Assembly: GCF_006345805.1 (NCBI RefSeq)
Contig: NC_043001.1
Location: 122,450,001 to 122,514,000 of the forward strand
Direction: 5' to 3'
Source of the DNA: Octopus sinensis
Taxonomy: Eukaryota
DNA length: 64,000 nt
Each line of letters opens with the position of its first letter. The first letter of the stretch is position 1. Below, piece after piece: positions 49,501 through 63,563 of the stretch. The notes under the pieces were generated by a model. It worked only from the letters and a program-made list of their open reading frames with translations. It did no database searches and was not told the DNA's origin. The position numbers were made by a program, and so were the translations under genes.

Positions 49501-50189
49501 CAATAACAAAAAGTTGACTAAGAAGCCATTACTACATGCTCTCTCTACTATCGCTGCACTTCAACTCGCAAGAAATAACTGCTAAATCAAAGTACAAATT
49601 GTTTAAGATATAGGCGCAGGAGTGGCTGTGTGGTAAGTAGCTTGCTTACCAACCACATGGTCCCGGGTTCAGTCCCACTGCGTGGCATCTTGGGCAAGTG
49701 TCTTCTGCTATAGCCCCAGGCTGACCAAAGCCTTGTGAGTAGATTTGGTAGACGGAAACTGAAAGAAGCCTGTCGTATATATGTATATATATATATGTAA
49801 GTGTGTGTTTGTGTGTCTGTGTTTGTCCCCCTAGCATTGCTTGACAACCGATGCTGGTGTGTTTACGTCCTCGTCACTTAGCGGTTCAGCAAAAGAGACC
49901 AATAGAATAAGTACTGGGCTTACAAAGAATAAGTCTGGGGTCGATTTGCTCGACTAAAGGCGGTGCTCCAGCATGGCCACAGTCAAATGACTGAAAGAAG
50001 TAAAAGAGTAAAAGAGTAAAGAGTATACCAACTACATGACAGAACAATACATAACCTGGTGTCGACATATTTAATGCAAAAAGAATTAAAAGCTAACAAG
50101 AAAAGTGTTGAAACTCCTATTTGTTCTGCTGTAGTGGTAGCTCTCTTTAGGCAAATTTTATGTTTAGTTTTTTTAAATTTTATTTATGG

Positions 50190-50740
50190 CCAATACATAA
50201 TGTTACATGACATGTCGGGGATTTTGCCAGAGAGGCAGGGCCAGTCCATAAAGTTACATTACATATTGGGGATTTCGCCAGAGGGGCAGGCCCAACCCAT
50301 AATGTTACATGACATGTCAGCGAATGCACCAGAGGGGCTGGATCAAGCAATCCCATTACATGACATGTTAGGGATTCACCAGAGGGGCAGACCCTACCTA
50401 TAACGTTACATGACATGTCGGGCAATTTGCCACGGGGGCAGTGCCAATCCATACTGTTACATGACATGCCAATGTTACATGACATGTCAGAGATTTCACC
50501 AGGAGAGCAGGCGCATGCCATAACATTACATGACATGTCAAGGGATTCGCCAGAGGGGCAAGCGCAACCCATAACATTACATGACATGTCGGGATTCACC
50601 ACAGGAACAGGGCCAATCCGTAATGTTACATGACATTTTGCTGATTTCGCCAAAGGGGCAGGGCCCATAATGTTACATGACGTTGGGGAATTCGCCAGAG
50701 GGGCAGGACCAATTCAAAACTTTAGATGACATGTCGGGGA
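50190..50740. repeat. Minisatellite, about 51-bp unit, about 11 diverged copies
   Basis: Recurrent CATAATGTTACATGACATGTCGGGGATTTCGCCAGAGGGGCAGG. Confidence 0.9.
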
Positions 50741-51178
50741 TTTTTCTCAACAATGCCAAGAGTAAACGATGTTTTATGTGACACATTCTACCAATATACG
50801 AAGTTTGAAAGTGTTTTGTTACAAAAAATTATTTTTTAAATCTGTAGGTCAAAAGGTAAAGATCCGAAGATTTATCAGTTATTTTTGTTATGTCAAGCAA
50901 CCACATAGAGGGTTCCTCAGTAGCTCATAATACTCATAATTTTAAAAGCTGGAAATGTATTTTCTCTTTTATTTGTTTATTATTTACAGCGCTTTCGTAC
51001 TATGGCTGTGCTGGGGTTCTGCCTTCCAAACTTTTACTCATTTGATTCCAATACTTTGTCTGGTACATATATTTTTTTTTTTTACTGATCTGTACTTAGT
51101 ACATGACTAAGTTTACCTTAGGTATTTTTGTTTGCTTAACTGATTAATTCCTTGCTAATAAACATGTGCACATGCAAG

Positions 51179-51220
<42 letters not shown>

Positions 51221-51312
51221 AATGCATGCTGGAAGAGCTTCTGACCCTAGAAAAACCTGTCTCAACAAAGATTTGTCTGATCCATGTAAGCATGGAATGG
51301 TGAATGTTAAAG

Positions 51313-51374
<62 letters not shown>

Positions 51375-53322
51375 TTGATGATGATGATGATGTTGATGAT
51401 GGCAAAGGTGCATATATGACAGACTTCCCCGTAGTTTCTTTGAATCAAATCTCCCTCACAAGACTGTGGTGAGGCCAAAGCTATGGTAAAAGACACTTAT
51501 CCAAAAACCCAATATGATGTACAGTGAGCTTGAACCCTAAAATAGTATATTCAAAATATCTTCGCTGATCTGCTCTTAAAATTCTTTCATTTTTTTATAT
51601 TTATTCTTTTTGTTTTGAGACAAGGCCAGTAATTTTGAGAGGAAAGTGAAGCCGATTATATCAACCTCAGCACTCACAGCTATTTATTTTATTGACCTCA
51701 TAAAGATGAAAAGCAAAGTTGACCTCAGCTGCATTTGAACCATGAATGTAAAGCTGAAATAAATGCCTCCAAGTATTTTGTTTGGCATGCTAATGATTCT
51801 GCCAGCTCAACACTTACCTTTAGCATTCAAACTAGCCATATCTGGCCAAAATATTCTGCCTCTTTTATGTTCAACTGGTCAGATCCAGCTTTTCACACCT
51901 ACTCTACAATGTTATAGAAAAAATAATCACATCTTTGAAATCCCAAAGCTATGAGACAATGTGTGATTAATTCAAGACAGTATGAATAAATAAGCATTAG
52001 ATTTGACAGAGTAATCTGAATACTAAAGGATACGTAGTATTATAATAATAGATAATTTCAAAAACAAGGCACAGGGTTTCCAATTTGGTGGAATGAGTGC
52101 ACCAGTACTTGATTGGGTTTTTTTCGGACCCTAGAAGAATGAAATGCAATGATGGCTTTAGTGAGATTTGAACTTAGAATATAAAAGCTCTTTATATATA
52201 ACAGTCAAATGTTATCAACAGAATCATTTGTTTCCCTGCATGAAACTACATTTATAACTGTTTTTTATTGCTGGTTCAAAGACATAAAACATTCATATAA
52301 AATGCTGAAAACTAGAGAGTAGCACCACTGCTAAATAGGTGATTAGTGACAGGAATTGCACATAACAACATCTATATTACTGCTGAATTGTGTTGAGTTT
52401 TATTTAGTGCGATGCTGGAAAACAAAATCACTATTAATAGAACTTAAAAAATCATTTTATCTACTTTTTATGACCAGCTTGAAAATCATTTCTTCTTTCT
52501 TTTTGCATCAAATGAGTGATATTTAATCAATTATTCAAAATGATGAGAGTTAAGTGAGCAAAGATACATCCTGTTTATGAAGGAAATACTGGGAGGGTTA
52601 ATCTGTAAGTACTCGTTAATTATTAATTTTAATTTCTTTATCACTATGAACAGTGATGAACTCTAAGGGGTGTCTTTATAGTAAAATGAGAAGTACATGA
52701 ACACCCACCACCACCACCAGCAAAAAATTTTTTTATATCTTTGTCTTTTATCTGTTTTAGTCATTGGACTACAGCCATGCTGGAGCACTATCTTGAAGGG
52801 TACAGTTGAGCATCACAATACAAGTACTTATTTTTAAGTTTGATACATATTCTATCAGCTTGAACTGATGATATGCTGTAAAGCTAAGCACTTTCGGGGT
52901 CGATTAAATAAGTAGCAGTTACACACTGAGATTGATATAATTGACTTAATCCGTTTGTCTGTTCTTGTTTGTCCCCTCTGTGTGTAGCCCCTTGTGGGAA
53001 GTAAAGAAATAGGTTTTATTTCAGCCAGAACATAAAAAAAGTAAGAGAAAAGTATCAGCTGCCTTCAAAGATTAGCCTTATTCATGATATAAATTTACAG
53101 TATCACTATTAGTACTGATAGCACACACTCATACACATACACACACGTGTGTGTGTGTTTGTGTGTATGCACATGTGTGTGTGTGTATGCATGTGTGTCC
53201 AGGTCACAATGTTGTAGAAAATAATTTAACCTCTTAACATATCATCCTGTATAATTTCATTCAGCAATGTCAAGTAAATAAATATCAGAACAAAAATATA
53301 CATTCACTGTACTCAATATTCT

Positions 53323-53893
53323 TTTCTACTCTAGGCACAAGGTTCGAAATTTTTGAGGAGCGGGTGGGGGGCAGTAGATTAGATCGACTCCAGTATGCAA
53401 CTAGTACTTAATTTATCAACCTCTGGAAAGGTTGAAAAGGAAAGTCGACCTCGGCAGAATTTGAACTCAGACGAAATGCCTATTTCTTTACTACCCACAA
53501 GGGGCTAAACAGAGAGGACAAACAAGGACAGACAAATGGATTAAGTCGATTATATCGACCCCAGTGCATAACTGGTACTTAATTTATCGACCACGAAAGG
53601 ATGAAAGGCAAAGTTGACCTCAGCAGAATTTGAACTCAGAGTGTAACGGCAGATGAAATACCTATTTCTTTACTACCCACAAGGGGCTAAACACAGAGAG
53701 GACAAACAAGGACAGACAAATGGATTAAGTTGATTACATTGACCCCAGTGCGTAAATGGTACTTATGTAATCGATCATGAAAGGATGAAAGACAAAGTCG
53801 ACCTCGGTGGAATTTGAACTCAGAATGTAGCGGCAGACGAAATACTGCTAAGCATTTTGCCCAGCGTGCTAACGATTCTGCCAGCTTGCCGCC
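53323..53893 (-). mobile_element. Trimeric SINE family A composite
   Basis: Same head + body + body + alternative-tail layout as 33983-34522, in the opposite orientation. Confidence 0.75.
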
Positions 53894-55359
53894 TTCTACC
53901 AAATGTGATGCTTATTTATTCACCTAGTATTTAATTAATTATAGCTGTGAGATTTCTGTGAAATGAATCTTTACTTTGCGATTGATATTGTGGGTTAGGT
54001 TTAAGAGGCTGGATCATAAAATTGATCAAATATTTAGGGTGGATATGGCTGCTTTGAATGCTAAAGGGTTAAACAATATAGTCCAAGAAACACTTAAGGA
54101 GGAGATTGTCGTAATTCAAATTCTTTGATCATAAGATTGCTCAGTCAGAGCAATAATAACATCCCCAGTAGGCTGGACAGTAAAGTTGATCTCTGCAGGA
54201 TTTGAACTCAGTTCTCCTCAATAAGATTAAATCTTTTTTAATTGTTTCAGTGATTGGACTGCAGCCATGCTGGGGCACTGCCTTGTAGGGTTTTAGTCAA
54301 ATAAATTGACCCCGGTGATTATTTTTAAGTCTGGTACTTATTTTTTATTAACCCTTTGGTGAACTACTAAGTTACGGGCCTGCAAATGATAGTAACATTA
54401 GCAGTCAAGTGGTATGTGGAAGGTACACACAGACACAAAGAAAGACACACATACATATGCATACATATATACATACATACATACATACATACATACATAC
54501 ATTTATATGCACACACACACAATATATATATACACACACATATATTTGTGTGTGTGTGTGTGTGTGTGTGTGTACACCTATGCAATATGCTTTCTGTTAA
54601 CCAAATTCACTCACAAAGCATTTGTCAGCCAGGGCTATTTTAAAAGACACTTACCCTAGGAACCACACAGCAGTACTGAATCCAAAATCATGTGTTTCTA
54701 AAGAGAGCTTCTTAACCACAGCCAAAATCAACATGCAACACTAAAATTCAATAAAATTTTGTATAAATCTTCCAACAGAGCATCATGTTCCTTTTAGCTT
54801 ACCATACAATATATTGCTCAACATTCACTTTAATTTTCTTCCTTATATAGCAAAATATACTGTGTATTCTACCTTTATATACACCCACACCTGTAGAATT
54901 GTACCTACCTTCCTGCTTATCTTCTTTCACACATTTATATTTACAGAGAAGACAAACTTTTTTTTCTGAAGTTCAAGGCTTCACACAAAGGGGAAAACCT
55001 GAAAGCATATATTAGACAAACATTTAAGCCTTGAACAGACAAACACATGGAAACACACATAGTCCTCACACATATATAAAAGTTCATATATATTTGCATA
55101 TACATACACACACACATATTTCTATTCACATGTAAGAGTGTGTGTGTGTATGTGAATAGACAGAGAGGCAGAGGCATAAGTAAAGAAATAACAGAGAGAG
55201 AGAGAGAGAGAGAGGGAGAGATAACTATTCGCATACATAGATAAATTCACAGACCGACCTATAGTGAGTAGGAAATGTGGTAGGGTAAAGATATAGTTAC
55301 ACCAAAGTTTAAGAACAGGAAACAGAAATAACAATAATATACATAAAATCATACATGAA

Positions 55360-55535
55360 TGCATGTTTGCATGTATGTGTGTGCGTGTGTATGTAAGTAT
55401 GTATGTATGTATGTATGTGTGTATGTATGTATGCATGCATGCATGCATGTATGTATGTATGTATATATGCTTGTATGTGTGTATGTATGTATGTATGCAT
55501 GTATGTATGTATGTATGTATATATGTATGTATGTG

Positions 55536-55567
<32 letters not shown>

Positions 55568-55817
55568 TGTATGTATGCATGTATGTATGTATGTATGCAT
55601 GTATATATGCTTGTATGTATGTATGTATTTATGTATGTATGTATGTATGTATGTATGTATGTATGCATGCAGGCATGCATGCCTGTATATATGTATAAAT
55701 GCATGTATGTATGTATGTTGTTATGTATGTATGTATGTATGTATGTATGTATGTATGTATGCATGTATGCATGTATGTATCTATATATGTATGCATGTAT
55801 GTATGTATGTATGTATG

Positions 55818-55848
<31 letters not shown>

Positions 55849-56080
55849 TATGTATGCATGTATGTATGTATGTATGTATGCATGTATATATGCTTGTATG
55901 TATGTATTTATGTATGTATGTATGTATGTATGTATGCATGCATGCAGGCATGCATGCCTGTATATATGTATAAATGCATGTATGTATGTATGTATGTTGT
56001 TATGTATGTATGTATGTATGTATGTATGTATGTATGTATGCATGTATGTATCTATGTATGTATGCATGTATGTATGTATT
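55360..56080. repeat. Long compound (TATG)n microsatellite with duplicated internal blocks
   Basis: A GCATGCAGGCATGCATGCCTGTATATATGTATAAATGCATG block recurs near 55665 and 55943. This tract is the source of the MYVC/HTYI pseudo-ORFs. Confidence 0.9.
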
Positions 56081-57331
56081 TGAAAGAAAATGTGACACTT
56101 TTTCACACAGCTACCCGCATCCTGTCCATATATATATATATGTTGAGGCAAGTGAAATCATTGTCATGGCCAATGACAGTACTGCCTGATTGGCACCTAT
56201 GCTGGTGGCATGTAAAAGGTACCATTCAAGCATGGTCGATACCACTGCTATCTGACTTGTCCCATGCTTGTGGTACATTAAAAGCACCATTCGAGCATGG
56301 TCATTGCCAGTGCCGCCTAACTGGCTCCCATGCCAGTGGCACATAAAAAGCACCATTCAAGTATGGTCGATGCCAGTACTGCCAGACTGGCCCTCATGCT
56401 GGTGGCACGTAAAAAGCACCCACTACATACTTGGAGTGATTGGCATTAGGAAGGGCATCCATCTGTAGAAACTTTGCTAGATTGGATTGGAGCCTGGTGA
56501 AATTGTCGAACCCATGCCAACATGGAAAGTGGGCATTAAACGATGACGATAATGATGATGATGATCATATATATATATACATACACATATGCCTATATAT
56601 GTGTGTATACACACACATATATATGTGTGTGTGTATGTATATATATATATATGTATATGTGTATATGTATATGTGTGTGTATGTATAAATATATATATAT
56701 ATATATATATATGAATATAGGTATATGTGTGTGTGTATCTTTTTGCCTGTATTTGATCCCCACTTGGGATTCATGTGTTTACATCCTTATAACTTAGCAG
56801 TTTACCAAAAGACACTAATACAATAAGTACTGGGGGTCAATATATTCAACGAAAACCCTTCAAGGCAGTGCCCCAGCATGGCTGCAGTCCAGTGACAGAA
56901 TCAAGTGAAAGGTAGAAAAAAAAGGGTACATAAGCATACGTGCACTTATGAACTATAAGGAGACTCCCAGCAAACCTGTTGATCTGCTAGTATATTACCA
57001 TCTTTGAAACCCAAAACGTGGGGTGTGACAACTTTAATCTAGTCAAACAGCTGTATAGAGAAGCTACTGTTACTCTTTACACTAAAATTTTGATTACTTC
57101 TAATTACTTCGTGCTGTGTTATTGGCCATCCTCTAATAAGAGAATTCAAATATTATTTTAACACTGTATTTACCAGACTCTTAATGCTCTTTTAAAAACA
57201 CTTTATGGCATTGGTGCACACGTCTGTGTATACCCATGTATTTTCTTGGGAGATGGTGTACGTGTACATGTGCGTATCATATGCATGTGTATGTCTGTTT
57301 GTAAATGGAGGGTTATAGTAAAGAATAAATA

Positions 57332-57401
<70 letters not shown>

Positions 57402-57431
57402 AAATATATATGTATATATATATATATACAC

Positions 57432-57496
<65 letters not shown>

Positions 57497-57752
57497 TATA
57501 TATATATTTATAATTTATATAACGTAAAACTACCTCTCTTCCTTCCCTGAGTGTCTGCTAATACTTTGCATTTACCATGTCTTCGTGTTGTTGCTTTTTT
57601 TTTGCTGTGTTTGTTCTTTGTTTTTTGTTTTTTAGATTTACTATAATATTTTTTTTTCTGTAGTTTCAGTTTCTGTAGTTTCTGCTCAATATGAGTCTTC
57701 AAAGACAGCTGCTCCCACAAATTCCAAATGTATGTATGTATGTGTGTGTGTG

Positions 57753-57818
<66 letters not shown>

Positions 57819-58985
57819 ATATACATATATACGCATACATGTGTGTGTATCTGCATGTGTGTATCTGTGTGTGTGTCTGCATGTCTGTGTTTGTTCCCCA
57901 CCACCACTTGACAACCGGTGTTGGTGTGTTTATGTCCCTGTAACTTAGCAGTTCAGTAATAGAGACCAATAGTATAAGTACCAGGCTTAGCAAAAGAATA
58001 AGAACTAAGGGGGTTGACTCATTCAACTAAATATTCTTGAAGGTGGTGCCCCAGCTTGGCCACAGTCTAGTGACTGAAACAAGTAAAAGATAAAGGATAA
58101 AAGATTGTGATGGTCAGAATTGGAATGCCTTCTCTCATTGTTTTTACCTGAGACTAAAACACCAACTGCAACTCACTGACTTGTGCTTTGCATTCATTTT
58201 ATGCAAATGTACTTTACTAAGCAATTATAGACAGATTTTATGGTAGCTTCTCACAGCAGCTGACACTAACCTTCTCCCGCTGCCAGTACTTACTGATTGC
58301 CTGACACAAACACATTGTTTCAGCATCCACATTAAAGGAAACAGAATGCTATATACTTAGCTATACATTTTTTATGGAAGATGGTGTGCAAACTTCTGTG
58401 GTTTAATGGATCAAGTCACGAGCCTTACAACAATTAGTTAACCTTACAACTAGGATATTAAATATCAATTACTAGATTGTTCTTATTTTTCTTGAAGACG
58501 TAATTTAGATATGTGTGCAAACATTGAAAACACATATATATTAATATATGCATTTATGTATGTATGTATGTATTTCACTTTGTGTTTGTATGCGTGTATA
58601 TGTATGTGTGTGTATGTGTGCTTGTGTTTACGTGTTTGATCCCATGTGTGTTTGTGTATACACAAGGTGGTATCAAAATGCTCCCGCACTAGTTATGTTT
58701 AATAAAAAATAATTTCTTTACCTAAATTTTGACATCATCTCCTTTGAAATAGTCACTTTCACAGCAATGTATCAGTTCCTGCCATTTTGGGAATCTGGCC
58801 TGGAAGTCATATTCCATAAATTCCGCCGAGGTCAACTTTGCCTTTCATCCTTTTGGGGTCAATTAAATAAGTACCAGTTATGCACTGGGGTTGATGTAAT
58901 CGACTTAATACCTTTGTCTGTCCTTGTTTATCACCTCTAATTATAGCCCCCTGTGGGCAATAAAGAAATATATATTTATATGTGT

Positions 58986-59084
<99 letters not shown>

Positions 59085-60242
59085 ACGTGTGTGTGCATGT
59101 GTGTGTGTGTGTGTGTATTATATAAAACAATATCCAGATGTGTAGTAACTATTAAAACATGCTTGAAATATAGTAAAATTTGAATGTTTCTAAACATTTT
59201 ATCAATCACCAGACAATATATGCAAAACACATGCACATACACATGTACACATAAACACACAACATACATACACACACTCAGAGTTTGCATGAGTGTTTAA
59301 TTAGGAATAAGGCAATCATTTTGAAGGCTTAAAGCTAAATTAAATTTATAAAACAAAGCAAGTTTCTGAATCACACACAAAATTTTATTTTTTTTAAGGG
59401 TACATTAGACTTTGTAGTCCTAAATATACAAGAATACAGACAGTCAGATTTAGACTGTATTAGGTCATAGGTTTTCTCAATAAGAGTTGTCCTAAGTTTA
59501 AACAATTGCATTTTTGAAGTATCAACCTCCTGCAGTTCTTTGATTACAAGAGCCGGATCTCCAATGTACAGAAGTTTCTAAGGACATCCAGTTTTGAAAA
59601 TATTGTAGCAGTAAAGTACTGTGGTTGAGAACTAAATATCATTGCGGTCTTTAGATAGACTTATCCTATCTTTTTTTAGGAAATGGCTACTATATACAGG
59701 TGCCCTGGCCTGCCAGATTATATCATACTTATAAGACCAATCATAATAATAATGAGTTTAGTATATACAGTGCTCTGGTAATAAGTAAGTAATTGTTAAT
59801 GTCAATCAAAAATAAAAAAATACACAATTTATGTTACAAAATAAATCTTCAAATGCTGTGCCACAACCTTTTCCAACACAATGGGTTTTTTTCCGAGTCA
59901 ATAATTATAGCAATTTTCAGATTCATCTTCATTATGTTTGTTACTAACCATATCATGTAGAAAAGATGTGTCCCTTTCATACAACTGATGAGGATAAGAA
60001 ATATGAAACTTGTTCGCTAAATTTGATTGATGACTGTTTGTTAAACAAGCAGGTTAGTCACACGAATCAATAACTTAAGATTCAATGGTTGAGAGAACTG
60101 CAGATATTGTTGTTCTTGTTGTTGCCGTGGTTGTCATTATTGTTGTGGTTGCTGGGGCAGCTGTGACTATTGTTGTTGTTTCTAACAAAACATTTCAGAC
60201 ATAACACTAATCATACCATCTTTTTGTTTTCACATATAAATG

Positions 60243-60448
60243 TCCAAGGAGGGGCTGAAAAATTCCTGGCTTTTGAACATACAGAAAATACAATGAGATC
60301 AATTAATTATGATTTTATTCAATATATTCCCCCCTCAGATTCATATACCTACTGCAGTGGTCCTTCAGTTTTCCTAAGCTCTGTAAAAGAACTTGGGCCT
60401 TCAACCAGGTCTTTCGTAAAGCCAGGAACTTTTCAGCACACCCACGTA
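60243..60448. mobile_element. Mariner-derived MITE (about 205 bp)
   Basis: Imperfect TIRs GGGGCTGAAAAATTCCTGGCTTT / AAAGCCAGGAACTTTTCAGCACACCC, related to the mariner ends at 3016-4253. Confidence 0.7.
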
Positions 60449-61248
60449 TGTAAGACTACAACATTTAATACATTTCTATGTTGTTACTGTTTAACCCTTT
60501 TTATACCAACCTGCCTGAGACCCACCCTTTAGTTCTGTCGTACAAACTTCCAGTTTAAAAGTGATCTCACTTAACACTTTCCATCAAAATTTCATGTTAA
60601 TTTTTGTTCCAAACTCTAGCTTAATAATGACTAAATTATTCTAAATTATCCAAAGTTAATTGAAATTGAAGGCAATATATATTTCTTTATTGCCCACAGG
60701 GGGCTAAACACAGAGGGGACAAACAAAGACAGACAAAGGGCTTAAGTTGGTTACATCGACCCCAGTGCGTAAGTGGTACTTAATTTATCAACCCCGAAAG
60801 GATGAAAGGCAAAGTCGACCTCGGCAGAATTTGAACTCAGAACGTAACGGCAGCCGAAACACCGCTAAGCATTTCACCCGACGTGCTAATGATTCTGCCA
60901 ACTCGCTGCCTTGAAGGCAATATATTTCAACAGAAATACAGTAACAAAGCGATTATCCCAAAGTCACTCAAAAACCTACGCTTGTAAAGCATCCCAAGAT
61001 AGATTCTTTCATAGTTTTTGAAAACATTGTATATGTATTCTTTTATTTGTCTCAGTCATTTGGCTGTGGCCCTACTGGAGCATCACATTTGGTCGAACAA
61101 ATCAACCCCAAGACTTACTCTTTATAAGCCTAGTACTTATTCTATCAGTCTCCTTTGCTGAATTACAAAGTTACAGGGATGTAAACACACCAAAATCAGT
61201 TATCAAATGATGGTAGGGGGACAAACACAGACACTCAAACATCTTAAC

Positions 61249-61298
<50 letters not shown>

Positions 61299-61603
61299 TA
61301 TATGTGTGGAGGTGCAATGGCCCAGTGATTAGGGCAGCGGACGCGCAGTCGTAGGATCGCGGTTTCGATTCCCAGACCGGGCATTGTGAGTGTTTATTGA
61401 GCGAAAACACCTAAAGCTCCACGAGGCTCCGTCAAGGGGTGGCGGCGATCGCTGCTGTACTCTTTCACCACAACTTTTTCTCACTCTTTCTTCTATTGGC
61501 CTGCTTGCTTAGCCAGCAGAATGGTGTCATTTGAAGGCAAAACAATGTGAAGTGCATTGTGACCAGCGATGTGTAGCAACATCTGATAGCCTGGTCGGTC
61601 ACA

Positions 61604-61640
<37 letters not shown>

Positions 61641-61645
<5 letters not shown>

Positions 61646-63457
61646 TAAAAAATGGAGTTAACGCAGGTTTAAACAAGTATTTTTACTTTCTACATGTTTC
61701 GAAAATTCCACTGATACTATTCAAAAGAATAAAAGGTATAAACAATGCAATCTTCTCTTCGGGAAAGTGAAAAAACGAAATTCGTCAATACGACATTTTA
61801 GCAAAAAATGATGGATTCGTATAGCGATAGACAGAACGCTATTAATATTGTTTAAAAAAACGTTATATGATATAACGTCATAAGTAGCTAACAGAAAGAG
61901 TAGGGATATTAATAGTGAATGTTAAATATAAAGGAAATTAAAGTTTAAACTATATATAATGATAGAGACTACTTATATGCACTAAAAGTATGTTTCTGTC
62001 AATGCTTACATCTGTATGCTCGTTCTATAACCGTGTTTACTAGAGTATTTTTAGAAAAAATAATGAAAAATAGCTCAGAATTGCAGAGAAGACAGAATTT
62101 CTTGCCTTTGTCATATGGTATCGAAATTGAGAGGATCAACCATTCTAAATGAAATTGTTCATTGTGGTCTTTTAAATCCCAAATCAGTTTGCTGAGACCG
62201 GTACTATTCCGTTTATTTCTATCCCTAAATGTTGAGTAATGGATAGAAATTCTTTTAGATAACTCTAACGATGTGCTTCCAATGTAAAATCGTACTTTAT
62301 TACGAGTACTGATTATACACTGGTATATAGAATTTTTAATCTTAGAGTTACTTGACATAAATTTAATTTTATTGGAATTGACTTCAGATACAATAACCTT
62401 GTTATTAATATTTCTAGAGGGTTGGATGGTATTAGCTAAATTAATGTTAGTATTAGTAAATGTATTAATATTTAACAGTTTGTTATTATGAGAAGATATA
62501 ATTTGCAAGAGATTTTTTGTGTTTGAAAAACCTATCCTAACCTTATGTGAATTAATTATAGAGTAATATCTAGAATTGTTTGGAAAATTCCTAGCAATGG
62601 CTTGACGAAACAGCAGTGGGAGATTAGATTTAATTTGTCTCCCGTAAGGAATTATTAACCAAATTTTTACTAGTATTCATAGCGTAATTACTTTTGAAGG
62701 TGTTATATTTACTTTTAGATCGGTAATAGGGGAATAAATAAGGGTTATCTGCCTTCATTCGCTTTGTATCGGTGCGTAAGTTATGTTTGTTATCAATAAT
62801 TCTTTTACGACTAGAAATCTTATCTACATTATTGAATTTACAATTAGACTGAGCAGAATCAATGTAGAAAATTTTTTCTGTATAACCTGCTTTGATTAAG
62901 GCAGAGTTATAGAATTCAGCGTTATTATTGAAAATATCAACATTAGCAGATAATTTAGATAATCTAAATGAAATATTCTTAACTAAATTCTTAGTAATTG
63001 CTCCAGGATGATTACTAAATTTGCTAATGTACTTAAGATTGGTCAACGGTTTATGATATGGGAAGTAAGAGTCACTGTGTAAATTAAGCGTAATATCTAA
63101 AAAGTTGGCCTTCGTCAGATCGTCATCAAAAAGCCCATTCTACTGAAAAAATTAACTAAACTATTCTTAACTTTTTGTACCTTTTGGTTGGAAACATTTT
63201 GGAGGTAAAGTAAACAATCATCACGATATAGACCTCCATAAATGTTAGGGAACTCTTCAGCCATTTCAAAAAGAATATATATACAGACCAAATCAGCTAT
63301 CTGTGCTGAATCAGAACTTCCCATTGGTATATCGAAACTATCTGATGTGTCTTTACGGACCCACAACTTATCATCAAATTTAATAATAGATCTTCTGGCT
63401 GCCAACACAACATTAATTTCTCCGTGTTAATTGTTAACAAGGTAAAATACACTCATC
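61641..63457 (-). mobile_element. Second Penelope-like family (YRDD-type RT plus C-terminal GIY-YIG), 5'-truncated, between (TA)n tracts
   Basis: FDIPMGSSDSA...GGLYRDDCL, NFLDITLNL...PYHKP, SNHP, and IYQCIIS...FYIGSTS. At least two frameshifts. (TA)n on both sides. Confidence 0.9.
61680..61775 (-). ncRNA. Hammerhead ribozyme variant (HHR-D) with a U4-to-C core change
   Basis: Minus strand: UUUUCACUUUC-CCGAAGA-GAAGAUU...AAUUUUC-GAAA-CAUG-UA-GAAAGUAAAAA. All three stems form, but the core reads CCGAAGA instead of CUGANGA. Confidence 0.75.
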
Positions 63458-63493
63458 TATCTATCTATCTATCTATCTATCTATATATATATA

Positions 63494-63561
<68 letters not shown>

Positions 63562-63563
<2 letters not shown>

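Noticed and set aside
50190-50740. p53 response-element array or repetitive protein exon
   Set aside because: The CATG cores are 5 bp apart rather than 10 and the flanks break RRRCWWGYYY. Frames are interrupted by indels and no splice sites were evident.
55122-57950. Many long ORFs (HTYI, MYVC and YIYI repeats)
   Set aside because: They are translations of stop-free (TATG)n, (TA)n and (CA)n microsatellites; the same applies to similar ORFs throughout the window.
59975-60025. CTGATGAG...GAAAC as a hammerhead
   Set aside because: Stem II has only about 3 pairs, there is no stem I pairing, and there is no PLE context.
61307-61385. tRNA gene (also the heads at 27985 and 29715)
   Set aside because: A and B boxes are present but there is no complete cloverleaf, and each continues into a repeated SINE body.
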